From an uncultured Verrucomicrobiae bacterium (lineage in GTDB: Bacteria; Verrucomicrobiota; Verrucomicrobiia; Limisphaerales; Palsa-1400): a stretch of 64,000 bases of DNA. The stretch is from the NCBI GenBank assembly GCA_963702845.1, contig OY969763.1, positions 5,056,001 through 5,120,000 on the forward strand, given 5' to 3'. Under the pieces are notes generated by a model. The model was given only the letters and a program-made list of their open reading frames with translations. It searched no databases and had not been told where the DNA came from. Shown piece after piece: positions 48,152 through 60,543 of the stretch; position 1 is the first letter of the stretch; each line of letters starts with the position of its first letter. Made by a program: the position numbers and the translations under genes.

Positions 48152-51100
48152 CTACTTATGCAACCAGACATGCAGCACCGAGCGCAGGTGCTCGCGGTCG
48201 ACTGGTTTGGCAATGTAATCCGAAGCACCGGCGGCGATGCATTTTTCGCGGTCGCCTTTCATTGCTTTGGCGGTGACGGCGATAATCGGGAGCTCTTCGA
48301 ACCCGGCAATCTGCCGAATGGTGCGGATGGTTTCGTACCCGTCCATGGCCGGCAACATGATGTCCATGAGCACAATGTCGATCTCGTTCTTGTTCTTCAC
48401 AAGGATATCGATGGCGTCTTTGCCGGTTTCGGCCGAGAACACTTTCATTTCGAAACGTTCCAGCACGCTGGTCATCGCGAAGATGTTGCGGACGTCGTCG
48501 TCAACAACCAGCACGCGCTTGCCTTCGAGAATCGCGTGATGGAGCGATTGCAACATCTGACGTTGTTTGTCCGGCAACTTGGAAATATTGCGGTGCAGGA
48601 TGAGCGACGCCTTGTCGAGCAAGCGCTCAGGCGCGCGCGCGTCCTTGATGAGGATGGCTTCGGCCATGGTCTTGAGGTGCGCGTGTTGATCCTTGTGCAG
48701 CTCCATCGCGGTATAAACGAGGATCGGCACCTGATTCGATTCAGGCTTGTTCTTGATGGCTTCGAGTAACTGCATACCGGACATATCCGGCAGCTTGAGA
48801 TCGAGAATCATGCAGTCGTATTTATGCTTCTGCAGTTCTTCCAGGGCTTCTTTGCCCGTTTTCACCGCAGTAGTGTGGACGTCGCCGTTGCCAATCAACT
48901 CGCGGATGTTTTTGATCTGCACTTCGTCATCTTCCACAACGAGCAGGTTCTTGGTCGGGCGTTCGACGAACATTTTGATTTCGCTGAATGTCTTCTCCAG
49001 CGCCTCGCGCGTGTGCGTCTTGGTGAGGTAACCGAGCGCGCCTTGCATCAGTTCGGGCTGCAAATCCTCGCGAACACTGATTATCTGCACCGGAATATGG
49101 CGAGTGGTGAAATCGACTTTGAGTCGGCCCAGGACACGGCGGCCGTCGATGTCCGGCAAGCGCAGGTCGAGCGTGATCGCGTCGGGCTTGAGTTCGCGCG
49201 CGAGCGACAAAGCCGTCGCGCCGTGTGACGCGATAATGCCTTTGAAGCCTTTGCTGTGCGCCATTTCAAGCAGCAACGCGGCGTAATGCGGATCGTCTTC
49301 GACAATCAGCAATACGCGGTCGCCTTGATGTATTTGTGAACGATCATCGGCAACGCTGAAGTCGACCAATTCGGTGGCCGGTTCTTCCGCCTCAACAGGT
49401 GACAATACCGACATGCGATTGGACGCAGGCAATATCTGCGCCGGCACCACCGGGCCGATCGCGCTGCGTTTGACGGTGCGCATGGGAGCAGGAGTCACAG
49501 GCACGTAGAGTGTAAAGGTGCTGCCTTGGCCGACCGCGCTGGCCAAGCGAATTTCGCCGCCGAGTAGTCGCGCAATTTCGCGGCTGATGGCCAGACCGAG
49601 GCCCGTGCCGCCGTATTTGCGGCTCGTCGAACCGTCCGCCTGTTGGAATGCTTCGAAGATGAGTTGCTGTTTCTCCGGCGCGATACCGATACCGGTATCC
49701 GACACAGAGAATGCAATGACTTGACGCGCGCGATTGAGCGTTTCGCGGTCGGGGCTCCAACCTTCGGTCGCGTTGTTGATGCTGAAGGTGACCTGGCCTT
49801 TTTCGGTGAACTTGAACGCGTTGGAGAGCAGGTTGCGGATGACCTGTTCGAGGCGTTGCGAATCCGTTGTGATGAAACTCGGCAGGCCGGCGTCGAGATC
49901 CAGCTCAAGTTCGAGCTTTTTCGATTCGGCGACGTGGCGGAACGTGCGGTCCACGTAATCGCGCAAATCGGAGAAGCGGCGTTCGCCGATGTCGAGCGTG
50001 ACTGTTCCAGACTCGATCTTGGAGAGGTCGAGAATATCGTTGATGAGCGTGAGTAGGTCGTTGCCGGACGCATGAATCGTCTTGGCGTAATCGACTTGTT
50101 TGTGTGACAGGTTGCCTTCGTTGTTGCCGGCGAGAGAGTCGGCGAGAATGAGCAAGCTGTTGAGCGGCGTGCGCAGTTCGTGCGACATGTTCGCGAGGAA
50201 CTCTGATTTGTATTTGGAAGTAAGCGCGAGCTGTTCGGCTTTTTCTTCCAGCGCCTGGCGGGCTTGTTCGACTTCGCTGTTCTTGCGTTCGACTTCCGCG
50301 TTTTGTTCGGCGAGCAGTTTCGCTTTTTCCTGCAGTTCCTGGTTGGTGTTCTGCAGTTCTTCCTGGCGGCTCTGGAGTTCTTTGGCCAGCTTTTGCGATT
50401 GCTTGAGCAAATCTTCCGTTCTCGTATTGGCTTCAATCGTATTCAACACGATGCCGATGGATTCCATGAGCTGATCAAGGAACGCCTGGTGCGTCGGGCT
50501 GAATTGTTCGAAGGATGACAGTTCCATAACTGCCTTCACGCCGCCTTCAAATAGAATCGGCAGGACGATGATATTGGTCGGTGGCGCCTGGCCCAGACCC
50601 GAACCGATTTGGACATAGTCCGGTGGCGCTTTGGTGAGGAGGATGCGTTCCTTCTCGAGCGCAGCTTGTCCGACCAATCCTTCGCCAAGGGCAAACTTAT
50701 TGCCGACATGCTTGCGATTGCGGTAGGCGTAGCTGGCCAGCAGTTTGAGATAGGGCTCGCTGTGGTCTTCAGCGCCTTTAGGCTGTTCGTCCTTCGGAGT
50801 TTCAACGATGTAAAAAACGCCTTGTTGCGCGGAGACGACTTGTGCCAGTTCGGAGAGAATCAGTTTGCCGACGGTGAGCATGTCACGTTGGCCTTGCAAC
50901 ATACGAGTGAACTTCGCGAGGTTGGTCTTGAGCCAGTCTTGCTCGTTGTTCTTGATCGTCGTGTCCTTCAGATTGCGGATCATCTCGTTGATGTTGTCTT
51001 TCAACGAAGCGACTTCGCCGCTCGCATCGACTTGAATGGAACGGGTTAGATCGCCTTTTGTGACCGCCGTCGCGACTTCAGCGATGGAGCGGACCTGGGT

Positions 51101-54100
51101 CGTAAGATTTGCCGCGAGCTGATTGACGTTATCCGTGAGATCTTTCCACGTTCCCGCAGCGCCGGGCACTGAGGCCTGGCCGCCGAGTTTTCCTTCGACA
51201 CCGACTTCGCGCGCCACCGTCGTGACCTGGTCAGCGAACGTTGCGAGGGTGTCGATCATGCCGTTGATCGTGTCGGCGAGCGCGGCGATTTCGCCTTTCG
51301 CTTCGACGAGCAATTTGCGTTTGAGATCACCGTTCGCGACTGCCGTCACGACTTTCGCGATACCGCGCACCTGGTTCGTGAGGTTACCCGCCATGGAATT
51401 CACGTTATCAGTGAGATCTTTCCACGTGCCGCTGACACCTTTCACTTCGGCCTGGCCGCCGAGGATACCTTCGGTGCCGACTTCGCGCGCCACGCGAGTC
51501 ACCTCGGATGCGAAGGAGGAAAGTTGGTCCACCATCGTGTTGACAGTGTTTTTCAGTTCGAGAATTTCGCCTTTAACTTCGACCGTGATCTTCTTCGTCA
51601 AATCGCCATTCGCAACCGCCGTCGTGACCGTTGCAATGTTACGGACTTGAGACGTCAGGTTGGACGCCATGTAATTTACATTGTCGGTTAGATCCTTCCA
51701 CGTGCCGGCCAGACCGCGCACGTCAGCTTGACCACCGAGTTTTCCTTCGGTGCCGACTTCGCGGGCAACACGAGTCACTTCAGACGCAAATGAGCGAAGT
51801 TGGTCCACCATCGTGTTGATGGTGTCTTTGAGTTCGAGAATTTCGCCTTTGACGTCGACTGTGATTTTCTTGGAAAGGTCACCCGTCGCGACCGCCGTCG
51901 TCACGGCCGCGATGTTACGCACTTGAGCGGTGAGGTTGGACGCCATGGAGTTCACCGAGTCGGTGAGGTCCTTCCAGGTGCCGGCGACACCTTTGACGTT
52001 TGCTTGCACGCCGAGTTTACCTTCGGTGCCGACTTCGCGTGCGACGCGCGTCACTTCGACGGCGAACGAGGAAAGTTGGTCCACCATCGTGTTGACGGTG
52101 TTTTTTAGCTCCAGAATTTCGCCTTTAACGTCGACCGTAATCTTTTTGGAAAGGTCACCATTCGCCACGGCCGTCGTGACTGCCGCGATATTACGGACTT
52201 GAGACGTCAGGTTTGACGCCATGAAATTCACGTTGTCGGTAAGGTCTTTCCACGTGCCGGCTACACCGCGCACGTCCGCTTGACCGCCGAGTTTTCCTTC
52301 GGTGCCGACTTCACGCGCAACACGAGTCACTTCCGCCGCGAACGACCGGAGTTGGTCCACCATCGTATTGATGGTGATCTTCAGTTGGAGAATTTCGCCT
52401 TTGACGTCGACCGTGATTTTCTTGGAGAGGTCACCCGTCGCGACTGCCGTCGTCACGTCTGCAATGTTACGAACCTGTGCCGTGAGGTTACCGGCCATTG
52501 AGTTCACTGAGTCGGTGAGATCTTTCCACGTACCTGCGACGCCACGCACTTCTGCCTGGCCGCCAAGTTTACCTTCGGTGCCGACTTCGCGTGCGACACG
52601 AGTCACTTCCGCCGCGAAGGACGAGAGCTGGTCCACCATCGTGTTGATGGTGTTTTTGAGTTCCAAAATTTCACCTTTGACGTCGACCGTGATCTTCTTG
52701 GAGAGGTCGCCAGTCGCGACCGCCGTCGTCACTTCCGCAATGTTGCGGACCTGGCCAGTGAGGTTGGAGGCCATGGAATTCACCGAGTCGGTGAGGTCTT
52801 TCCACGTACCGGCGACGCCTTTCACATTCGCCTGGCCGCCGAGTTTACCTTCGGTACCGACTTCGCGTGCGACACGAGTCACTTCCGCAGCGAAAGACGA
52901 AAGCTGGTCCACCATCGTGTTGACCGTGTTTTTCAGTTCCAAAATTTCGCCTTTGACGTCGACGGTGATTTTCTTGGTCAGGTCACCGTTCGCGACCGCC
53001 GTCGTCACCGCCGCGATGTTACGGACTTGGGACGTGAGGTTGCCGGCCATCGAGTTCACGTTATCCGTGAGGTCTTTCCACGTGCCTGCGACGCCTTTGA
53101 CGTAGGCTTGCCCGCCGAGAATGCCTTCGGTGCCCACTTCGCGCGCGACGCGCGTTACTTCAGATGCGAACGAGGAAAGCTGATCAACCAGTGTGTTGAT
53201 TGTGTTTTTGAGTTGGAGAATTTCACCTTTGACATCGACAGTAATTTTCTTGGAAAGGTCACCGCTCGCAATCGCCGTCGTGACGTCAGCGATGTTACGG
53301 ACCTGAGAGGTCAGGTTACCGGCCATTGAGTTCACTGAATCGGTGAGGTCCTTCCACGTTCCCGCGACGCCTTTGACGTCCGCCTGACCACCGAGTTTTC
53401 CTTCGGTGCCGACTTCGCGCGCGACACGAGTCACTTCCGCAGCGAAGGATGAAAGTTGATCCACCATCGTGTTGACAGTGTTTTTCAGCTCAAGAATTTC
53501 ACCTTTAACGTCGACCGTAATTTTCTTGGAAAGGTCACCGTTCGCGACCGCCGTCGTGACCGCCGCGATGTTACGGACTTGAGACGTCAGGTTGGACGCC
53601 ATGAAATTCACTGAGTCGGTAAGGTCTTTCCAGGTTCCAGAAACACCTTCGACTTTCGCCTGACCGCCGAGGATACCTTCGGTACCGACTTCGCGCGCCA
53701 CGCGCGTCACTTCAGACGCGAACGAACGGAGCTGACCCACCATCGTATTAATGGTGTCTTTGAGTTCCAAGAATTCGCCTTTGACGTCGACCGTGATTTT
53801 CTTGGTCAAGTCGCCATTCGCCACCGCCGTCGTCACCGTCGCGATGTTACGCACCTGGGACGTGAGGTTCGAGGCCATCAGATTGACGTTATCAGTAAGG
53901 TCCTTCCATGTGCCGGCGACGCCTTTAACTTTCGCCTGACCGCCGAGTTTACCTTCGGTGCCGACTTCGCGCGCCACGCGCGTCACTTCAGAGGCGAACG
54001 CCGAGAGTTGGTCCACCATCGTATTGACCGTGCGCGCGGTGCGGGAAAATTCACCCTCGAGTTTGCGGCCTTCGATATCGACGGCCATCGTTTGCGAAAG

Positions 54101-54445
54101 GTCACCTTTCGCGACGGCGCCGATAACGCGCGCCGTTTCGGAAATCGGGTGGGCCAAGCAGTTGATCAGCGTGTTTACGGAATCAACGCGTTGCGCCCAT
54201 TCACCGGTCACGTGACCGGTGGCAAGACGTTCATTAATTTTTCCTTCGTGACCGATGAGGCGGCTGATGCGGTTCAAGTCGCGCGTGGATTGCGACATAA
54301 TATCTGCAACGTCGTTGAAAGCTTCAGCGACTTTGCCGCCGACGCCGATCCAGTGGACGGGCAAGCGCACCGAGAAATCGCCCCGTTTAAAGGCGGTCAG
54401 CACGGAAAGTAATTGGCGATGATCAATGTCTTCAGCGGCAACCAT
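48152..54445 (-). CDS. Soluble poly-HAMP hybrid histidine kinase (HAMP array, GAF, HisKA, HATPase, 3 receivers); true start may be 54630 via a frameshift
   Basis: Eleven ~92-aa VAREVG repeats; [37 protein letters not shown]; three receiver domains; no TM segment. Confidence 0.95.
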   Translation of the reverse strand: MVAAEDIDHRQLLSVLTAFKRGDFSVRLPVHWIGVGGKVAEAFNDVADIMSQSTRDLNRISRLIGHEGKINERLATGHVTGEWAQRVDSVNTLINCLAHPISETARVIGAVAKGDLSQTMAVDIEGRKLEGEFSRTARTVNTMVDQLSAFASEVTRVAREVGTEGKLGGQAKVKGVAGTWKDLTDNVNLMASNLTSQVRNIATVTTAVANGDLTKKITVDVKGEFLELKDTINTMVGQLRSFASEVTRVAREVGTEGILGGQAKVEGVSGTWKDLTDSVNFMASNLTSQVRNIAAVTTAVANGDLSKKITVDVKGEILELKNTVNTMVDQLSSFAAEVTRVAREVGTEGKLGGQADVKGVAGTWKDLTDSVNSMAGNLTSQVRNIADVTTAIASGDLSKKITVDVKGEILQLKNTINTLVDQLSSFASEVTRVAREVGTEGILGGQAYVKGVAGTWKDLTDNVNSMAGNLTSQVRNIAAVTTAVANGDLTKKITVDVKGEILELKNTVNTMVDQLSSFAAEVTRVAREVGTEGKLGGQANVKGVAGTWKDLTDSVNSMASNLTGQVRNIAEVTTAVATGDLSKKITVDVKGEILELKNTINTMVDQLSSFAAEVTRVAREVGTEGKLGGQAEVRGVAGTWKDLTDSVNSMAGNLTAQVRNIADVTTAVATGDLSKKITVDVKGEILQLKITINTMVDQLRSFAAEVTRVAREVGTEGKLGGQADVRGVAGTWKDLTDNVNFMASNLTSQVRNIAAVTTAVANGDLSKKITVDVKGEILELKNTVNTMVDQLSSFAVEVTRVAREVGTEGKLGVQANVKGVAGTWKDLTDSVNSMASNLTAQVRNIAAVTTAVATGDLSKKITVDVKGEILELKDTINTMVDQLRSFASEVTRVAREVGTEGKLGGQADVRGLAGTWKDLTDNVNYMASNLTSQVRNIATVTTAVANGDLTKKITVEVKGEILELKNTVNTMVDQLSSFASEVTRVAREVGTEGILGGQAEVKGVSGTWKDLTDNVNSMAGNLTNQVRGIAKVVTAVANGDLKRKLLVEAKGEIAALADTINGMIDTLATFADQVTTVAREVGVEGKLGGQASVPGAAGTWKDLTDNVNQLAANLTTQVRSIAEVATAVTKGDLTRSIQVDASGEVASLKDNINEMIRNLKDTTIKNNEQDWLKTNLAKFTRMLQGQRDMLTVGKLILSELAQVVSAQQGVFYIVETPKDEQPKGAEDHSEPYLKLLASYAYRNRKHVGNKFALGEGLVGQAALEKERILLTKAPPDYVQIGSGLGQAPPTNIIVLPILFEGGVKAVMELSSFEQFSPTHQAFLDQLMESIGIVLNTIEANTRTEDLLKQSQKLAKELQSRQEELQNTNQELQEKAKLLAEQNAEVERKNSEVEQARQALEEKAEQLALTSKYKSEFLANMSHELRTPLNSLLILADSLAGNNEGNLSHKQVDYAKTIHASGNDLLTLINDILDLSKIESGTVTLDIGERRFSDLRDYVDRTFRHVAESKKLELELDLDAGLPSFITTDSQRLEQVIRNLLSNAFKFTEKGQVTFSINNATEGWSPDRETLNRARQVIAFSVSDTGIGIAPEKQQLIFEAFQQADGSTSRKYGGTGLGLAISREIARLLGGEIRLASAVGQGSTFTLYVPVTPAPMRTVKRSAIGPVVPAQILPASNRMSVLSPVEAEEPATELVDFSVADDRSQIHQGDRVLLIVEDDPHYAALLLEMAHSKGFKGIIASHGATALSLARELKPDAITLDLRLPDIDGRRVLGRLKVDFTTRHIPVQIISVREDLQPELMQGALGYLTKTHTREALEKTFSEIKMFVERPTKNLLVVEDDEVQIKNIRELIGNGDVHTTAVKTGKEALEELQKHKYDCMILDLKLPDMSGMQLLEAIKNKPESNQVPILVYTAMELHKDQHAHLKTMAEAILIKDARAPERLLDKASLILHRNISKLPDKQRQMLQSLHHAILEGKRVLVVDDDVRNIFAMTSVLERFEMKVFSAETGKDAIDILVKNKNEIDIVLMDIMLPAMDGYETIRTIRQIAGFEELPIIAVTAKAMKGDREKCIAAGASDYIAKPVDREHLRSVLHVWLHK

Positions 54446-54910
54446 GGCGGCGACGGCACGGGTGCGATCGCCTTGCCATTATGATTAGCACCGGCGCCGT
54501 TTGAGGCAGTGCGTGTACGGCCATTGGTGGATGGCGAATTGATGGTGGAGGAATCGACTTTTTGTTGAAGAGGAGCCTTAGCAGGTCCGAGGGGCTTCTT
54601 CCCATTTTTGGTCGTAAGTGAATTTGGCATATTCGAGGTACAGTTCTGCGACTGCTAAGTATTCAGCAACCGGGCGCTGAAAAATATCCGGCAGGTCACG
54701 ACCTGTTGATTGGTAAATTCCCTGAATTCGAGACTCAGGCTAACACCGAGGCGGCGCGAGGGTTTGCATTGCAACTCAGGAACTCAACCAATGCGAAGTC
54801 CGCAATTCGAAGCAGTGTTCGCGATTTAGCCAGAGATGGCTTCCCTCATACGTTAGCAAAACGGCGAAAGGTTGCTTTGCTCTGGGTCACGCCTTAGAGT
54901 CTTTTACGAT

Positions 54911-55411
54911 ATGGGTCAGCGACGTGAAGCGCGCGAACGCGCAGTCCAATTTTTGTTTCAGCACGACCTCAATCCACCCGCAAAGATGGATGAGGCGCTC
55001 GACCATTTTTGGGAGACGCAACGGGCGCCGGCGATCGCTGAGGAAAAAGGCCCGGCGACCTGGGGTCAGAAAACAGAAATGCCGCCCATCACCGCTGAAG
55101 AAACAGGGACCCGCTTGTTCGCCGATAAACTGATTCGCGGCGTAATCGAACATCGTGACGCTGTTGACGCAAAGATCAAAGAACACGCGGAGAATTGGGA
55201 CATGCATCGAATGGCGGTGGTCGACCGTAATATTTTGCGCCTCGCCATTTACGAAATGCTTTACCGCGACGACATCCCGCCAGTCGTGAGCATTAACGAA
55301 GCGGTCGATATCGCGAAGAGATTTTCCACACAGGACAGCGGGAAGTTCGTCAATGGAATCCTCGACAAAGTAAAAGGCGAGCTGATGCGGCCGGCTCGAA
55401 TCGTAAAATAG
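54911..55411 (+). CDS. nusB: Transcription antitermination factor NusB
   Basis: [42 protein letters not shown]. Confidence 0.96.
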   Translation: MGQRREARERAVQFLFQHDLNPPAKMDEALDHFWETQRAPAIAEEKGPATWGQKTEMPPITAEETGTRLFADKLIRGVIEHRDAVDAKIKEHAENWDMHRMAVVDRNILRLAIYEMLYRDDIPPVVSINEAVDIAKRFSTQDSGKFVNGILDKVKGELMRPARIVK

Positions 55412-55415
55412 CCGC

Positions 55416-56249
55416 ATGTTCGCCGACCTGCATCTTCACACGAATTTTTCTGACGGCACGTTCACGCCGGAAGAAGCGGCCGAACGCGGCCACAAGGCAG
55501 GGCTCGCCGCGATGTCATTGACGGATCACGACACGGTGGAAGGTTGCGCGCGCATGGCGGCGGCCTGTGCGGCGCACGGGATGCGTTTTATTAGCGGCAC
55601 AGAACTGACCGCTGAATTGGAAGGCAACGAGCTTCATCTGCTTGGATATTTTATCGATATCGAAAACCCCACCTTGCTCGGTGAGATGAAGAAGTATCAG
55701 AGCGTTCGCCAAAGCCGCATTCACGAGATGGTAAAAAAGTTGAATGAGCTGAACATTCCCTTGCGCGCCGAAACGGTTTTTCAAGTCGCCAACTGCCAGT
55801 CCCCCGGACGGCCGCATGTGGGTCGAGCGCTCGTGCAGGAAGGTTATTGCGCGAATATGGACGAGGCGTTCGATCGATTTTTGAAAAAGCATCGTCCGGC
55901 ATTTGTGCCGAAGATGCGCGTCTCCGCTTTGGACGCGATCGAGCTGATTCACAATGCCGGCGGGCTCGCGGTCATGGCTCATCCTGGTTTGAATCGAACC
56001 GACGAATTGATCCCGCGACTTGTTGATCAAGGTTTGGACGGCATTGAGTGTTATCACACCAAACACTCGCCTTCGACGAGCCAACATTATTTGAAAATTG
56101 CTGCCCAATATAATTTATTAGTAACGGGCGGTTCGGATTGCCACGGTTACAGCAAAGGCAAGCCGCTCATCGGCACGGTGAAGTTGTCAGGCGAGCATTT
56201 GGAAAAACTTATTGCTGCCCACGAAGCGCGGAAAAATCCGCGCCGGTAG
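55416..56249 (+). CDS. PHP domain phosphoesterase (TrpH/YciV-like)
   Basis: DLHLHT..SDG, LTDHDT, HLLGY, GRPH, AHP, GGSDCHG. Confidence 0.92.
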   Translation: MFADLHLHTNFSDGTFTPEEAAERGHKAGLAAMSLTDHDTVEGCARMAAACAAHGMRFISGTELTAELEGNELHLLGYFIDIENPTLLGEMKKYQSVRQSRIHEMVKKLNELNIPLRAETVFQVANCQSPGRPHVGRALVQEGYCANMDEAFDRFLKKHRPAFVPKMRVSALDAIELIHNAGGLAVMAHPGLNRTDELIPRLVDQGLDGIECYHTKHSPSTSQHYLKIAAQYNLLVTGGSDCHGYSKGKPLIGTVKLSGEHLEKLIAAHEARKNPRR

Positions 56250-56267
56250 CACCTCAAGGTCATCGGC

Positions 56268-57191
56268 ATGTTAGGACTATTTAAGAAGTTCAAGGACGGC
56301 TTACAGAAGACGCATTCGAAGCTGACCCACGAAATCAAACGCATCGTCACGGCCTCGCCGAAAATGACGGCGGCGACGCTGGAGGATTTAGAGGTCGCAT
56401 TGATTTCGGCGGACTTGGGCATGGCCATGACGAGCGAGATCGTCACTGCTGTTAGGAAAGGCTACGAAACTCAGGGCGGCGCTGGACTGGACGTGTTCGC
56501 AATTGCCAGTGCGGAAGTGACGAAAAGTTTATCGAGTGCGGATCCTGCATTGAAACGCGTTCCGGGCGTGACTGTCGTTTCGGTCGTTGGCGTGAATGGC
56601 ACGGGAAAAACCACGTCGGCCGCCAAGCTAGCATATTCGATAAAACAACAAGGCGGCGACCTCGCGATGCTCGCGGCGTGCGACACCTTCCGCGCTGCGG
56701 CCGTCGAGCAATTAAAAATTTGGGGTGAGCGCCTGAACATCGAAGTCATCGCCGGCGCGCCCAATGCCGATCCTGCGTCAGTCGCACACGACGCCATCAC
56801 CGCCGCGCAGGCGCGCAATGCGCAGTTTCTTTTCGTCGATACAGCGGGGCGTTTGCACACCAAGCATAACCTGATGCAGGAGTTGCAAAAAGTTCACCGC
56901 GTCATGGACAAAAAACTTCCCGGAGCACCGCACGAAACCTTGCTCGTGCTCGACGCCACCACTGGCATGAACGCGCTCAATCAGGCGCGCGAATTTCACA
57001 AAGCCGTCAAACTCACCGGCCTCGTCGTGACTAAACTCGATGGCACGAGCAAAGGCGGGATGGTCGTCGCGATTCAAAAAGAACTCGGGCTGCCGATCAA
57101 GTTCGTCGGCCTCGGCGAAAAAGCCGAAGACCTGCAGCCGTTCGACGCGAAACAATTCGCCGATGCATTGTTCGAGAAGGACGAAAGCTAA
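56268..57191 (+). CDS. ftsY: Signal recognition particle receptor FtsY (NG domain only)
   Basis: GVNGTGKTT, DTFRAAA, DTAGR, TKLDGTSKGG. Confidence 0.96.
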   Translation: MLGLFKKFKDGLQKTHSKLTHEIKRIVTASPKMTAATLEDLEVALISADLGMAMTSEIVTAVRKGYETQGGAGLDVFAIASAEVTKSLSSADPALKRVPGVTVVSVVGVNGTGKTTSAAKLAYSIKQQGGDLAMLAACDTFRAAAVEQLKIWGERLNIEVIAGAPNADPASVAHDAITAAQARNAQFLFVDTAGRLHTKHNLMQELQKVHRVMDKKLPGAPHETLLVLDATTGMNALNQAREFHKAVKLTGLVVTKLDGTSKGGMVVAIQKELGLPIKFVGLGEKAEDLQPFDAKQFADALFEKDES

Positions 57192-57213
57192 AACATGCGT
57201 CTCTGCGTTTGAA

Positions 57214-58347
57214 ATGAGCGTCACCGTCGTGAAAAATCGCGATGAAACATTCATGGGCCGCGCCCTCAAATTGGCGCAACGCGCATACGGTGCGACGTCT
57301 CCCAACCCGATGGTCGGCGCTGTTCTGGTCAAAGTCGGAAAAGTTATTGGCGAAGGGTGGCATCATTGCGCCGGAATGCCCCATGCGGAAATCGAAGCAT
57401 TTCGCGACGCAAACCGGAAAGGTCACAATCCAAAAGGCGCGACTGTTTACGTCACCTTGGAACCGTGCTCCACGCATGGCCGAACTCCTCCTTGCACGGA
57501 TGCGTTAATTAAAGCCGGAATTAAACGTGTCGTCACCGGCGCGATTGATCCAAATCCTGCGCACGCGGGAAACGGTTTAAAGATTTTGCGACGTGCCAAA
57601 ATTACGGTCACATCCGGCCTCCTCGAAGATGAATGCACGCGTCTCAATGAAGCGTTCAATCACTGGGTTATTCATCGGACACCATTCGTCATCGTCAAAT
57701 CAGCGATGTCCTTGGACGGACGTATCGCCACAAAAACCGGCGAATCGCAATGGATTACCAACGAACAATCGCGTGCCGAAGGCATGAAATTGCGTGCCGG
57801 CTGCGATGCCATTGTTGTTGGAATCAATACCGTTTTGCGCGACAACCCGCGCCTGACTATTCGAGGTGAATACGCAGCGAAGCGGGCATTCCCGTTGCGC
57901 AGAATCGTGCTCGATCCTTCCGGGCGGATTCAACTCAACGCCAACTTGCTGACCGACGAATTCAAAACGTCGACGACGATTGTCGTGACCGAGCTCGCAG
58001 CAAAACGGAAAGTCGAAACACTGCGCAAAACAGCAAACGTCATCATCGCTCCAACAAAGCGCGGCAAAATCGACCTTCGTTGGTTGTTGAAAAAGCTTGG
58101 CCAGGAAAACGTGACCAGGCTGCTCGTTGAAGGCGGCGGCGAAACCAACGCTGCATTTCTGCTGAACGGTTTTGCGCACCGGGTCGCTTTTTTTTACGCG
58201 CCGATCGTCATTGGCGGCCGCGAAGGACCTCGCGCTGTTGGTGGCGACGGAATTTTGAAACTCGAAGACAAGATTGTTTTAGAGGACGTGGAGTGGCATA
58301 GCTTTGGTGGCGACTTGCTCTTGAACGCGAGAGTGAAAGCGCGGTGA
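57214..58347 (+). CDS. ribD: Riboflavin biosynthesis deaminase/reductase
   Basis: PNPMVGAV, HAE, TLEPCSTHGRTPPC, SLDGRIA, VEGGG. Confidence 0.96.
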   Translation: MSVTVVKNRDETFMGRALKLAQRAYGATSPNPMVGAVLVKVGKVIGEGWHHCAGMPHAEIEAFRDANRKGHNPKGATVYVTLEPCSTHGRTPPCTDALIKAGIKRVVTGAIDPNPAHAGNGLKILRRAKITVTSGLLEDECTRLNEAFNHWVIHRTPFVIVKSAMSLDGRIATKTGESQWITNEQSRAEGMKLRAGCDAIVVGINTVLRDNPRLTIRGEYAAKRAFPLRRIVLDPSGRIQLNANLLTDEFKTSTTIVVTELAAKRKVETLRKTANVIIAPTKRGKIDLRWLLKKLGQENVTRLLVEGGGETNAAFLLNGFAHRVAFFYAPIVIGGREGPRAVGGDGILKLEDKIVLEDVEWHSFGGDLLLNARVKAR

Positions 58348-58348
58348 T

Positions 58349-58957
58349 ATGTTCACAGGCATCGTTGAAGAAACGGGACGCGTGGAGAAAATCGAGCCGA
58401 TTGCGACAGGCATCCGCCTGCTCGTGAGCAGCCGCGTGTGCGCGCGTGGACTGAAGATAGGCGACAGCGTCGCGGTGAACGGTTGCTGTTTAACCACGGA
58501 GAAAATGACCAGTCGCGCTGGCAAAAAAATCATTCAGTTTTCCCTCCTCGCGGAAACCTGGCGTCTCACCAACCTGCAATTCGCAAAACTGGGCAACGTC
58601 GTGAACCTGGAACGCCCTCTGCGCGCCGATGGTCGTTTCGGCGGCCACTTCGTCACCGGCCACATCGATGGCACCGGCAAAATCATCCGCTGGGAACCGT
58701 CTGGGAAAGATTACGTTTTGGATGTCAGCGCGCCGCCGGAAATTCTGCGCTACATCGTCCAGAAAGGTTCGATTGCGATCGACGGCATCAGCCTGACGGT
58801 CGCGGACGTAAACAAGAAATCGTTTCGTGTCTGGATCATCCCGCACACCTACAAAGTCACCGCGCTACACGAACGCAAAGTCGGCGACCCGGTGAATCTT
58901 GAAGCAGACCTGCTCGGCAAATACGCCGAGCGCTTTGCTACCTTCCGGAAGAGTTGA
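58349..58957 (+). CDS. ribE: Riboflavin synthase alpha chain
   Basis: MFTGIVEE, VNGCCLT, VNLER, GGHFVTGHID, KGSIAIDGISLT. Confidence 0.96.
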   Translation: MFTGIVEETGRVEKIEPIATGIRLLVSSRVCARGLKIGDSVAVNGCCLTTEKMTSRAGKKIIQFSLLAETWRLTNLQFAKLGNVVNLERPLRADGRFGGHFVTGHIDGTGKIIRWEPSGKDYVLDVSAPPEILRYIVQKGSIAIDGISLTVADVNKKSFRVWIIPHTYKVTALHERKVGDPVNLEADLLGKYAERFATFRKS

Positions 58958-59213
58958 ATTGCTTCGTGTCCGATTGGTCTCGGAACTGCGATTGTTTGAC
59001 CTTCACGTGCGGCTCGACTGTCCGAATCCGTGACTCGGGGATAGTGTATGTCTTGCCGGACATGTTTTTGAAAACGAACACATTTTTTTCTTTGTCCAAT
59101 TTCGGCTTGCTCACGCCGGTGAACTGCATGCCGTTGGTTAGCGTAACGTCGTAGGCACTCCGGCAGCCGGCCAACACGCTGGCGGCAAAAATTATGGTGA
59201 TGAGTTTCTTCAT
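58938..59213 (-). CDS. Small lipoprotein, YgdI/YgdR (DUF903)-like
   Basis: MKKL...LAGC lipobox; Y.VTL.NG...KPKLD. Confidence 0.8.
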   Translation of the reverse strand: MKKLITIIFAASVLAGCRSAYDVTLTNGMQFTGVSKPKLDKEKNVFVFKNMSGKTYTIPESRIRTVEPHVKVKQSQFRDQSDTKQFNSSGR

Positions 59214-59400
59214 AACGTGAGAACTTGTGACCTCTTTGATTGAGAGGGTTACGTCCCCTGCCGCTCGCGTCAATCATTTCCTGACGTTGAGCCAAGACAT
59301 CGCTGACGCGGTCGCCACAAAATCTCCCGCCCCCTCCATCGGATATGGCCCGATTGTCTGCTTCAACCCCCAATCTCACGATGATAGGTCAGAACAGTTT

Positions 59401-60543
59401 GTGAGACTACGCAACAAACCGGGTGCGGATTGTGCGGAGTTGAGCGACCGAGGCGATGGTCATTGGACCGTCAAACTTCACGGTCCGCTGAACGCCATTA
59501 CCGCCGGCCCCTGCTGGGGGACCTTGAAAAACGAACTCGCACTATACGATGTTCGCTCAGTGACCGTCGACGCGCGCGATGCTGTTATTGAAGGCACCAT
59601 TGGCGTCGCGCTGTTACGCTACATCGAGTCCGGCGCGATGACCCCCGGAGCGCCCACAACCCTCGAAGGAATCAGTGAAGACACCCGTGCATTAATGGAA
59701 ATGTTTGCCACGCCCGAAATCGTTGAACAGGCCCATCAACGACCGTTCAAAGTCCGAATCCCAGAAGAAGTCGGCGCATCCGCACGTTCGTTTTTCCGCG
59801 ACCTATATGAACAGGTCGCGTTCATCGGTGCAATTGCCGCCGCACTGCCCGCCGCGATCCTCCAACCTAAACGACTGCGCTGGGGCGAAATTCGGCGCGT
59901 CATTGATAAGGCCGGTGCCAATGCGCTGCCCGTCGTCGCGTTGTTCGGTTTCCTCATTGGTTTGGTGATGGCATTGGAAGGCGCGCGGCCCTTGCGCAAT
60001 CTCGGCGCGGAGATTTTTCTCGCCGACATCATCGGTTTTGCGTCATTCCGCAGCACTGGGCCACTTGTCACAGCAATCATGCTGGCAGGCCGCTCGGGCT
60101 CAGCATTCGCGGCAGAGCTCGGGACGATGAAAGTAAACGAGGAACTCGATGCTCTCACGACGATGGGTCTGAACCCCATTCGTTTCCTCGCACTCCAGCG
60201 CGTGATCGCCGCCGTCTTTCTCACACCAGTTCTCAGCATGTATGCCACCGCGATGGCTGTCTTTGGCGGAATTACGGTCATGCGGTTCCTCGGTTTCCCA
60301 CCGCTGATGATTTTTCACCAGATTATGGCGCGGGTCACCCTCTACGATGTCGTCCTGGGCCTGGAAAAGTCTGTTGTTTTCGGTATCATCATCGGCGGCG
60401 TCGGCTGTTTACGTGGCTTGCAAACGAAGGAAGGTCCTCGCGCGGTTGGCGCTTCGACGACCAGTTCCGTCGTCACGAGCGTTATCCTCATCGTGTTCGC
60501 GAACACCATTTTCTCAGGGGTCGTGTATTACCTCAAAAAATGA
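59401..60543 (+). CDS. mlaE: MlaE family ABC permease with N-terminal STAS-like region (start uncertain)
   Basis: GPLVTAIMLAGRSGSAFAAELGTMKVNEELDAL. Confidence 0.9.
   Translation: MRLRNKPGADCAELSDRGDGHWTVKLHGPLNAITAGPCWGTLKNELALYDVRSVTVDARDAVIEGTIGVALLRYIESGAMTPGAPTTLEGISEDTRALMEMFATPEIVEQAHQRPFKVRIPEEVGASARSFFRDLYEQVAFIGAIAAALPAAILQPKRLRWGEIRRVIDKAGANALPVVALFGFLIGLVMALEGARPLRNLGAEIFLADIIGFASFRSTGPLVTAIMLAGRSGSAFAAELGTMKVNEELDALTTMGLNPIRFLALQRVIAAVFLTPVLSMYATAMAVFGGITVMRFLGFPPLMIFHQIMARVTLYDVVLGLEKSVVFGIIIGGVGCLRGLQTKEGPRAVGASTTSSVVTSVILIVFANTIFSGVVYYLKK

Noticed and set aside
49495..50436. Long alternative-frame and antisense ORFs (this one, 31814-32755, 21130-22101 and others)
   Set aside because: Shadow ORFs of well-supported genes in GC-rich DNA, with no protein motifs
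51000..54100. HAMP DNA repeats as a DGR template/variable pair or a mobile duplication
   Set aside because: In-frame protein repeats with mostly synonymous differences; no reverse transcriptase and no evident adenine-specific pattern
56268..57191. FtsY lacking the acidic N-terminal domain as a novelty
   Set aside because: NG-only FtsY is common in many bacterial lineages
57180..57214. FMN riboswitch before ribD-ribE
   Set aside because: Only ~20 bp separate ftsY and ribD, and no RFN consensus is seen
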